Source of the DNA: an uncultured bacterium
Lineage (GTDB): Bacteria; Verrucomicrobiota; Verrucomicrobiia; Limisphaerales; UBA8199
Direction of reading: 5' to 3'
NCBI GenBank assembly: GCA_963749495.1
Contig: CAVVMW010000004.1
Span: 160,001-224,000 of the forward strand
Length of the DNA stretch: 64,000 nt
Shown here piece after piece: positions 19,409-28,154 of this stretch. The notes beneath the pieces were generated by a model. That model was given only the letters and a program-made list of their open reading frames with translations. It had not been told where the DNA came from and made no database searches. Each line of letters begins with the position of its first letter. Position 1 is the stretch's first letter. The translations under genes and the position numbers were made by a program.

Positions 19409-20275
19409 ATGAACACCGAGGAGATTCCCAAGCTGCGGCTGGCCCCGCCACGGACCGTGCCGGAGGTGTCCCGCCCTGGCCAGCCCGCACCACGGGCGCC
19501 CGCCCTGGAGGAATCCCTCGCCCCGTTCCGCGTCGGCTCGGTCCGATTTCTCAACGCCGTGCCTCTGACCCGCGGCATCGAAGACGAGGTCATCCTCGCC
19601 ACGCCCTCGGAACTGGCCGGCATGCTCCAGCGGGGCGAACTGGACGCCGCGCTGGTCAGCGTGACCGAGACCCTCCTGCGCGAGAGCTACGACATCCTGG
19701 ACGGCATTGCCATCGCCTCGCTGGGCGAGGTCAAGAGCGTTTTCCTGGCCCATCGCGGCCCGCTGGAGGGCGCGCGCGAGGTCTTCTGTGACCGGGCATC
19801 GCTCACCAGCGTGAATCTGCTGCGTGTCCTGCTGGCCGAACGCGGGCTCCAGCCCCAGTTCAAGCCCCTGGCTGGCTACGACTTCGCCGTCCTGCCGGAT
19901 TACGCCTTGCTCATTGGCGATACTGCCCTGGATTTCGCCCTGGCGCCCCACGCGCACCAGATCTGGGACCTGGGCGCCGCCTGGTACGAGTTGACCGGCC
20001 TGCCGTTCGTCTATGCGGTGTGGGCCTTGCGCCGCGGCATCCAGAACGCCCCGCTCCGCCGCCAACTCCGCCAGGCCCGCCAGTTCGGCCTCGAAACCCT
20101 CGATTCCATCATCCGCAACCGGACGGAATACGACTACGATTTCCGCAAGGATTACCTCTCCTGGCATATTCACTACCACCTGGGCGCCGACGAAAAGCGC
20201 GGCGTGACCCGCTTCGCGGAGTTGCTCCGAAAGCATGGCGTCGGGACCATCCACGAGCCGAATTACGTGATATAA
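19409..20275 (+). CDS. mqnA: menaquinone (futalosine pathway) chorismate dehydratase MqnA-like
   Basis: VRFLNAVPL, GEVKSV, SLTSVNL, LLIGD, DLGAAWYELTGLPFVYAVW. Confidence 0.82.
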   Translation: MNTEEIPKLRLAPPRTVPEVSRPGQPAPRAPALEESLAPFRVGSVRFLNAVPLTRGIEDEVILATPSELAGMLQRGELDAALVSVTETLLRESYDILDGIAIASLGEVKSVFLAHRGPLEGAREVFCDRASLTSVNLLRVLLAERGLQPQFKPLAGYDFAVLPDYALLIGDTALDFALAPHAHQIWDLGAAWYELTGLPFVYAVWALRRGIQNAPLRRQLRQARQFGLETLDSIIRNRTEYDYDFRKDYLSWHIHYHLGADEKRGVTRFAELLRKHGVGTIHEPNYVI

Positions 20276-20308
20276 AGCGGCCGCGCTCCAAGTCCGAAAT
20301 CTGAAGCA

Positions 20309-20371
20309 GGCAGAAAAATGGGGGCAGAAAGATAACAAACAGACTCATCTTTCTGCCCCCATTTTTCTGCC
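20309..20371. repeat. perfect 25-bp inverted repeat (possible terminator)
   Basis: GGCAGAAAAATGGGGGCAGAAAGAT / ATCTTTCTGCCCCCATTTTTCTGCC. Confidence 0.85.
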
Positions 20372-20436
20372 AACTCCGGATCCCAGATCCGAAATGCGCG
20401 ATTGACAATCCGCTCTTCCCCGGGGATCATCCCCCC

Positions 20437-21876
20437 ATGATTGATCCCATTCACACGCCTTCTTCACGTTGCGAGTTTCTCAAGAACACCGGCCGTTTGG
20501 CGGCCGTTTCAGCGTTGGCCGGCGTCGCCCTTCCCCAGGTACACGCTGCCGGCAGCGATGGGCTGCAGGTGGTCCTGGTCGGGTGCGGCGGGCGCGGCAG
20601 CGGGGCCGCCTCCCAGGCCCTCTCCACGCAAAGCGGCCCGATCAAGCTCGTCGCCATGGCCGATGTCTTCGAGGACCGGCTGCGGGGCAGTTACGACCAA
20701 CTCATTAAACGCCATAAGGAGAGCATGGACGTGCCGGAGGACCGGAAGTTCATCGGGTTCGATGCCTACCAGAAGGCCATGGATTGCCTGAGACCCGGGG
20801 ACATTGCCATTTTCGCCACGCCGCCCGCCTTCCGCTGGGTCCACTTCGGTTATGCCATCCAGAAGGGCCTCAATGTCTTCATGGAGAAACCGGTGACCGT
20901 GGACGCCCCGACCACGCGGAAGCTCCTGGTCCTGGCCGAGGAATCGGAAAAGAAAAACCTCAAGGTCGGCGTCGGCCTCATGATCCGCCACTGCAAGGCC
21001 CGCCGGGAACTCCACCAACGCATCCAGGACGGCCAGATCGGCCAGCTCATGCTCATGCGCGCCTACCGGATGGACAGAGCCAGCGCCACAGCCGGGCCCA
21101 AGCCCGCCGACCTCTCCGAGACGCTCTACCAGATCCGCCGCTTCCACAGTTTCCTCTGGGCCAGCGGCGGCATCTTCAGCGATTACAACATCCACCAGAT
21201 CGACGAGTGCTGCTGGATGAAAAATGCCTGGCCGGTCCGCGCCCATGCCACCGGCGGACGCCACTACCGCGGGCGCTCCCTGGACCAGAATTTCGACAAC
21301 TACAACGTCGAATACACCTTCGCCGACGGCACGAAACTCTACTTCGTTGGCCGGGCCGAAGACGGCTGCCACGATGAATTCGCCAGCTACGCCCACGGCA
21401 CCCAGGGCAGTGCCGTCATTACCACAGCCAGCCATTGCCCCGGCCGATGCCGGCTCTTCAAGGGGCAGAATATCACGCGCGCCGACATGACCTGGGCATT
21501 CCCGCAGCCGGAGCCCGACCCTTACCAATTGGAGTGGGACGAGCTGGTCAGCGCCGTCCGTGAGGACAAGCCTTACAACGAGGCCCGGCGCGGCGCCACC
21601 GCCAGCCTGGTCACTTCCATGGGCCGCATGGCCGCCCATACCGGCCAGGTCATCGCCTACGACAACATGCTCGGCTGCCAGCACGAGTTCGCCCCGGACG
21701 TGGACAAACTCACCATGGCTTCAGCGGCCCCGCTCCAACTGGGCCCCGACGGCAAGTATCCCCTCCCTGAGCCGGGCATCAAGAAGGACCGCGAGTACCT
21801 AAATTCGAAATCCGAAATCCGAAACAAATTCAAAATGACCCGAGAATCAAACCCAATCGCCTGTGGGCTGGGCTGA
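20437..21876 (+). CDS. Gfo/Idh/MocA family oxidoreductase with Tat-like leader; true stop probably about 21801
   Basis: LVGCGGRG, MADVF, FMEKP, NIHQID motifs. GAG TAC C TAA suggests one extra C extends the ORF into (TCCGAAA) repeats. Confidence 0.88.
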   Translation: MIDPIHTPSSRCEFLKNTGRLAAVSALAGVALPQVHAAGSDGLQVVLVGCGGRGSGAASQALSTQSGPIKLVAMADVFEDRLRGSYDQLIKRHKESMDVPEDRKFIGFDAYQKAMDCLRPGDIAIFATPPAFRWVHFGYAIQKGLNVFMEKPVTVDAPTTRKLLVLAEESEKKNLKVGVGLMIRHCKARRELHQRIQDGQIGQLMLMRAYRMDRASATAGPKPADLSETLYQIRRFHSFLWASGGIFSDYNIHQIDECCWMKNAWPVRAHATGGRHYRGRSLDQNFDNYNVEYTFADGTKLYFVGRAEDGCHDEFASYAHGTQGSAVITTASHCPGRCRLFKGQNITRADMTWAFPQPEPDPYQLEWDELVSAVREDKPYNEARRGATASLVTSMGRMAAHTGQVIAYDNMLGCQHEFAPDVDKLTMASAAPLQLGPDGKYPLPEPGIKKDREYLNSKSEIRNKFKMTRESNPIACGLG

Positions 21877-22778
21877 AGGCTCTGCTGCCTGGCGGTCGGG
21901 GCGTTCCGGGCCGTCCTGGCGAATCATGACGACCTGGCTCGGGAGAGGCAGGTCGATGCCCGCCTTGCGGAATCGCTTGCTGGCCTCTTCGAGCATGGCG
22001 GACTTGAGGTTGAAGGCGTCGTCGGCATTGGCGCACCAGGCGCTGAGCGTGAGGACGACGCCGGCAGAGCCACCTCGGTGACCGGGCAGCCGCAAACGCT
22101 CTGGGCCTTGGGATCGTGCCGGGCCAGGTCCAGGAGGATGCCGCGCGCCTGGTCGATGTCCGCCTCGCACCCGATGCCCACGGGCACCGAGCAGAGCACG
22201 CGAGGGTCGTCGCCGGTCAGGTTGACAGTGATCTGGGTGGCGATGACGCTGTTGGGGATTACGATGTGCCGGTTGTCGTCTGTCTTGAGGACCGTGTAAC
22301 CGAGATTGACGCTCTCGACTTCGCCCGTTTCCAGGCCGGTGGGGGCGGTGACGTGAAGGCGGTCGCCCACCTTGAAGGGCCGGTAGAGCACGAGGGAAAA
22401 GCCGGCAATGAGGTTGCTCAGGGTGCTTTGGGCCGCCAACCCGATGACGGCGGAGATGACGGTGGCGCCGGTGAGCCAGGCCCCGCCCAGGCCCTTGAGG
22501 GCCGGAACCACGTGCGTGTAGGAGATGAAGGCGAAGAGATAGACGCCGATTTGCGCCACTTGCCCCAGGAACTTGACCGTGGTCCGGTCAACCAGGGCGC
22601 GTTTGTCATAGGCCAGGACGCGCTGGATGGCCAGGCGCACAGCCCAACCGGCCAGCCAGGCCAGGAGCCCGAAGACCAGCGCATAGAGCACGGCCCCCAC
22701 CGGGGTCTCGGTGCTGGCAAAGCCCCCGTTCTCGAACTGCTCTAAGATAGCGCTCTTGAAGTGCTCTAATGTCGTCAT
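21847..22778 (-). CDS. small-conductance mechanosensitive channel (MscS family); frameshift near 22070
   Basis: IGLAAQSTLSNLIAG, RPFKVGD, IPNS motifs; the C-terminus (VLTLSAW...GIDLPLP) lies in another frame. Confidence 0.85.
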
Positions 22779-22800
22779 CCGGATGCCGGCTCCGGATCTC

Positions 22801-23327
22801 TCAATTAGGTGAGGTCGCGGCAACCGTCATCCTGGCCCCGGCAGGCAGCTTCAGTTTCATGCCGACCAACAACCGGTCGTTCTTCAGACCGTTGGCCGCC
22901 CGGATCGCCTGGGCCGTGGTTCCGTGAGCTTTGGCAATATGTTGGACAGTATCGCCTGACTTGACCACGCAAATCAAGTCGCCGCTGGCGGCTGAGGAGA
23001 GGGCGCCGCCGACGGAGGGCAAGGCCGGGCGCGGCGCGCCCGCCGCCGCCACGGGGGCTGCCGGCGGATTGGATGGCGGCCGCTCCAGCGCGGCCGAGCA
23101 GGCCCGGCCCCCGGGGCAGCCGGCTCGGTTGCCGCATTCTCCGAGGAGGTGTTGGAGGGGCCGTCGCTCTTGCAGCCTTGGAACAGCATTGCCAGGAGCA
23201 GCAGCGCGTGCGCGGTGAGGACCGCATAGACAGCGAGCTTGAACCGGTTCCGGCTCCTTCGCTGGCGTTGCGCGATGAGCGAACCCGCGGGGACGAACGG
23301 ATTCGGCTTGCTCATAGGCTCTGGCAC
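22801..23327 (-). pseudogene. LysM-domain membrane/lipoprotein, frameshifted
   Basis: N-terminal TM ending LFQGCK in one frame; LysM VVKSGDTVQHIAKAHGTT...LKLP in another. Confidence 0.72.
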
Positions 23328-23754
23328 ATTTCTAACTTCAGGCGAATAGCACTGGCAATGCCAAAACCTGCGCCGAACCGCCAGAATGGCGGCGATCCAG
23401 GAAAAACCCCCGGCCTCCCCTCGGGCCTGGGCGCGCGGCCCTCCGCAGAAGTTCGCCGCCGTGCAATTCCTGCGCCCATCCGCCCTCGCACGTGCAACCC
23501 ACTGAGCCGCACGAGTGTCACGCCTCGAGACACGGAAAGCTCAATCAATGTGGACTTCCCAGCTCATGGTCGAGGCCGGCGAATGCGTTGCGGAAGACGC
23601 TGTTCATCCAGGGTGAGTCCAAGCGCATCCTTCTCGGGCGCGGCCAAACTGGCCAGGCGCTCGTGGAGCTGCAGCACAAAACACCCGTCTGCTATATCGG
23701 GCGATACGAGATGCGGTGAGAAGTGCCAGCCAAGGGATAACTTCCTTGTCCCGG

Positions 23755-24225
23755 CGGAACGGGCGCATCTTGACAGCACCACCGCACGGCGCCGCGGCGG
23801 AACGCCGCCTTCAGGCGGCAGCAGCGCCGGAATTAGCTGCAACACCGATAATTCCAATATCTCTCTTGTCTCCACGCCTCTGCCGCCTGAAGGCGGCGTT
23901 CCTCTGCGGTGTCGGTGCTGTCAAGGTGCGCCCCGGCGGAACGGTCTCTTTTGTCCCTGCGGGGTGGGGCCACTGTTGATCCAAAGGCCAGAAAGGGCGG
24001 GGCGCCATAAGGTCCCGGCCTTACAGACCGGGGTTTTTCGAGGGGCGCTGGCTAACCGGGGCCTCCGCTCCGCTCCAGCCCGGGCTATCATATAACGGGC
24101 CTTCGGCCCTGGGGCGCTTCCCGACACTCCCCCGGAGTAACCCCAAGGACGGGCACACTCCCACCTCGCCGATGCCGCTGGGGGCGGTGTCGGGGATGCG
24201 CCCGCCAGGGCCTGGTGAGGGCGCA
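23755..24225. repeat. cluster of nested REP-like inverted repeats
   Basis: GGGCGCATCTTGACAGCACC / GGTGCTGTCAAGGTGCGCCC; GGAACGCCGCCTTCAGGCGGCAG / CTGCCGCCTGAAGGCGGCGTTCC; GGGCCTTCGGCCC; GGGCGCTTCCCGACAC / GTGTCGGGGATGCGCCC. Confidence 0.8.
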
Positions 24226-24226
24226 T

Positions 24227-25161
24227 TCAAGCGCCACAGCACTTTTTGAACTTCTTGCCGCTGCCGCACGGGCAAGGATCGTTGCGGGCGGTCTTGCGCG
24301 CTCTGGACTCAAGTCGGGCCTCCAGGCGCTTTATTTGGAGTTTGGCCTGCGCCAAGTAGTGGCGAGCGTAAAGCGATCGCATAATCCCGTGGTGCAATTC
24401 CAGTCGTGGGTCCAGCGTGGGATATGCCGTCTTGAGCGATCCCAGCAGTTGCCCAGTCGGCGGCGTCCCGGCGGGTCCCGGTGCCAATTGGCGGACGGCT
24501 TGGGAGCGGTAATCGTAGCGGATGGCGGGCGCGTCTCGCAGCGAGGTGGTCTTCCTGCCGGCTGCATCTTTCAACTGGAGAAACGAAAAGACGAGATCCG
24601 TACAGCCGCACCCCGGTTGGACGCAGGTACCTGCTCGTCGGCGGCCCAGGCCGCGTTCTCGAATGTAAAGTTCAAGGAAAGGCCTAACGGAAAAACCTCT
24701 ATGAACGGGATCATGTGCCCGTCGTCGGCGCTTGGCAGGTCGGCAATATCTATTTCGTCGACCTCAGCCGTTTCGATGGCCTGGGTCTTGGCAGTCCAGA
24801 ACCAGCGGTGGAGATCCTCCCAAGCCGTCTCGCCCAGCCGCGAACTGACGAGTTCGGCCAGGCGCAATGTCTCCGCGTCGGCCTGCAATTCCGGGGTCAT
24901 CTCCAGGACTCTGTTCCCCACGTCGAGCCAGAACCAACGGAGCAAACCTGGAGAGGCGGAGCCATCCGGCAATAGCGGCGAGCAGTGAGTGCAAACAGAA
25001 CGGCCACCGCACCTCGGGGTTGCACAAACCCGAAACACCGCCGCGTACGTGACAGTGGCCTCCTTGGCCTTATCGAATACTTCGAACTTGAGGCGAGGCT
25101 CCGGCTCGCCGCCGCCCGTTGGTTGACTCCAGGTCAGATCGAATTTGTGCTCGCGGATCAT
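24227..25161 (-). CDS. SEC-C motif protein with extra Cys clusters; frameshift near 24628
   Basis: C-terminal RNDPCPCGSGKKFKKCC; correcting the shift gives DEQYCVQPGCGCTD. Confidence 0.75.
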
Positions 25162-25370
25162 CGTCCCTGTAGCGCCAATCCGTCATGCACCTTTTTCAGC
25201 GCGGTGGCGCCGGTCTTGCCGCCGGAATCCATGGCGGACATGCGCCGATCCAAGTCCGCCTGGTATCCGGGATCCTCGGCGCGGTTCAAATGGGCGATGA
25301 GGGCGGCCACCTCCAATCGCTCTTCCACGATCATCCCGGCGATGGACCCTTTGACTTCAGCTAAGCTCAT
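25158..25370 (-). CDS. small hypothetical protein (addiction-module-component-like)
   Basis: 70 aa helical ORF, ATGA-coupled to the SEC-C gene. Confidence 0.55.
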   Translation of the reverse strand: MSLAEVKGSIAGMIVEERLEVAALIAHLNRAEDPGYQADLDRRMSAMDSGGKTGATALKKVHDGLALQGR

Positions 25371-25494
25371 GAAGTGACCCTATCTGCCCGGAACCCAAAA
25401 CGCAAAAAGAAATGGCCCGGGGGGGGTGGGGCGTGGGCGCATCTGAGATGTGCCACCCCACGTACAGAAATTCCTGACATGGCTCTGGGCCGCC

Positions 25495-25725
25495 AGTTTC
25501 ACCCCGGAGGGATGGAAGATGGTAGCCGGGGGTCGAAGCGAAGCAAGACCCCCGGTTCGGCGCAGGGGTGCGCCTGCATCCCGGAGGGATGCCAGAAACG
25601 GGCGCACCGAACGCCGTGCGGTCTTCTGGCACCCCGTTCCGGGGTGCAGGACCCTTTAGACCGTCAACCGGGGGTCGCGACGGTGTCGCGACCCCCGGCT
25701 ACCCTCTAGCAACCCTCCGGGTTGC
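25495..25725. repeat. REP-like palindromic element (CCCGGAGGGATG family)
   Basis: GCATCCCGGAGGGATGC, GCACCCCGTTCCGGGGTGC, CCGGGGGTCGCGAC...GTCGCGACCCCCGG and CAACCCTCCGGGTTG hairpins. Confidence 0.82.
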
Positions 25726-26032
25726 AGCGCATGCGCGCAGCCTTGGGTTGCGTCTCCAACTCCTGCGCCTGTGGGGGGCGGTCCCGACACTGCCCCCGCG
25801 ATGTGCCGCTCCTCGGGCTGAGAGCCGAAATGGGAGAGCCTGGGCTAGAGCCGGTGTCGCTGACGCAGGGCCTCGGCCAATTCGGGCATCCCGTTGGAGC
25901 TGGCGCAGGATGCGAGCGCCCGCGGGTTCAACTGGCCGGGTGAAGTGCAGACGCGCTTCTTAAAGATTTGCAGCGCCTGTTCCATCGCCAACGCCGCGAT
26001 TACGACCACCTTCGGCCTCTGGTTCGAGGGTT

Positions 26033-26374
26033 TCACTTCCGGTTGTAATCGTCCTCGACTCGGACAACATCATCGAGGTGCGGAGTGCTGACCTCGATAA
26101 ACCGCACATCTTCAATCGCGGTGGTGCGGTGCTTTCGTCCCGGTTTGTTCTCGACCACGTCACCGGCCTTGAGCAGGAGCTTTTCCATTTGCCCTTGGTC
26201 ATTCTCCCATTCCATTTCCGCCACGCCGCGGTCCACGTAAATGTGCTCGTGCTTCACTTTGTGGTATTGGAGGCTGGAACGGCTTCCCTTTTTGAACTCG
26301 ATGATCTTAAGGGCATACTCTGCGGTGACGGCGACCCAGATTTCGCGGCCCCAGGGTTTTTCAACGATTTTCAT
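26033..26374 (-). CDS. cupin domain protein (mannose-6-phosphate isomerase type II C-terminal-like)
   Basis: KPWGRE, SLQYH..KHE, HR, EVSTP, DVVRVEDDY. Confidence 0.88.
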   Translation of the reverse strand: MKIVEKPWGREIWVAVTAEYALKIIEFKKGSRSSLQYHKVKHEHIYVDRGVAEMEWENDQGQMEKLLLKAGDVVENKPGRKHRTTAIEDVRFIEVSTPHLDDVVRVEDDYNRK

Positions 26375-26510
26375 GCTTGAGTCCCGCTCATCCTGAACCG
26401 CAGGGTGGCAGAGGGGGATAAGCGTGTCAAGCCGCAGGCACTGTCCACGGCCTTCATGCGCCGGCCGAGGTCAGCGGCCGGAATAGTGAATTCGGGTGGC
26501 CTGCGCGCTT

Positions 26511-27974
26511 TCACCTGGGGAGGAAGAAAGTTGTGATTTTGGGCAGGCCCACAGAACCCTCTTGCTCGAAGGTGAGGCTGAATTCGCGTGCCGGCAGGTT
26601 GGGCCCGAACCTCGGCGCGCCAAGCCTTCCAGGGGCAGGGCCAGTTCGCGTGGTCTGACCAGACCGAATCGAGCTGGACGGGTTGACCGGCAAAGGCTGC
26701 TCTTGGCGTGGCCTGCGCGGGGCTGCCGACAAGCAGGAGCATTCCGCCTGAGCGCGTGGCGGGCAGGCGGCCCTGCGCGACAACTTGGACAGGGGAGTAG
26801 GCTGGTGGCAGCGCCGGCGAAGGATCGGAGGTCACTGACAGGCGCAGCCGTCCGAGGCTGTGGCCGCGTTCCCCTTGCGTGAGGTTGAACGTCAAGGTGG
26901 CGCCGTCCGGATGGGAAAGCGGTTGGGCGAGGTCAAACACGGCCGCATGGGCGGCGCCGGTCTGGGGGAAGATGGACCATCCCGTAACGAGATTCGAATC
27001 AATGGCGGCGCCGACAGGCCAGCCGCCGTGGCTGGACTGGGAAAAGTCGGCCCGCGCGGCGCTAAACTTGATCTCTGTCCTTTCGCCCGGCCTGGCCGCA
27101 GGCTCGACCAGCAGGTGGAAATCGACGAGCGCGAAGTTGCCGTTTACGGCCCGGCCCGGGCCATGTTCAGGCAGCGAGTCGTCGAGCAATGTTTCCAGCA
27201 TCACTGCTGTAATGGGCGCGGCGCCGGGTTGGGCCGTCACCGTATAAACATCGCCATCGGCATTTTCGCCGCCGGAGAGGATTGAGTGATCCCCGAGAAT
27301 GAAGCGCGTATTGCTGAAACAGCCGGAGTTGGTTTTGAGCAGCGCGACAAAGTCGGCCAACGCCCTTCGTTCCGGCGGCGACAGCCATGCGGTATCTGTC
27401 CAGACCTGGGCCAACAGGCTGCCGCGGCCCAGGTCCATAATCAGGCCCTCCTGCCAGCGGGCTTTGCCGATGCAACTGTTCCACGGCCAATCGGAGAGCC
27501 AGACGCCTAGGGAATCCAGCCCGCCAATGAGCCGTCATCGGACCTGACCCGGAGTGTCGCCTGGTCTTCGCTCGCCGAGACTGCGTCCGTGCCGGCGAGC
27601 TTCAGCGAGACCTTCCGGGCCTGTTCGGGTCGCTCTCCCACCTCGACTTCGATCTCGCTGCCGCCGTCCAACTTGAGGCAAGCGCCCGAAAGACGGTTTT
27701 GCCACTCGCTCGGCGCGAGCGAGTGAGGTTGAAGCGAGAAGGCGAGTGCGGCCGAGCGGAGTTGGAGCGTGTCAGCGGCTGCGGCACACAGGGGCGTGGC
27801 CGGCACGAGGAGCCACCAGGCGGCAGTGATGCAGACAGGCCGCGCAAGGAGCAAAAGGCCCGCCCGGAGTGCCCCCCGCGTGCTGGCAAGAGGGTGCGAC
27901 TGTTGGGAAGGTGGACGCGAACCGAGGCCGAGGGTCGCTGCTTTCGCGGTGGAGGATTGGATCCGGGCCAGCAT
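26511..27974 (-). pseudogene. fragmented secreted (probably carbohydrate-active) protein
   Basis: Signal-like N-terminus, then several frame-broken segments including GPGRAVNGNFAL, GWSIFPQ and LGRLRLSVT. Confidence 0.5.
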
Positions 27975-28154
27975 GTTCCAAACGAATGCCAGCAGGCCCG
28001 AGCGCGTGCAAGCAGAATTCCCACCTGTAGGGTGCGGGAGAGCCAAGCCACGATTCGGGTTGAGGGGTTGGCCGCAGGCACCACGGTGAGCGTGGTGGAC
28101 GAGGATCGCACACTGCAGGCGCAGGACGGTGCTATTGGCTGAGGTCGCCGTCGA

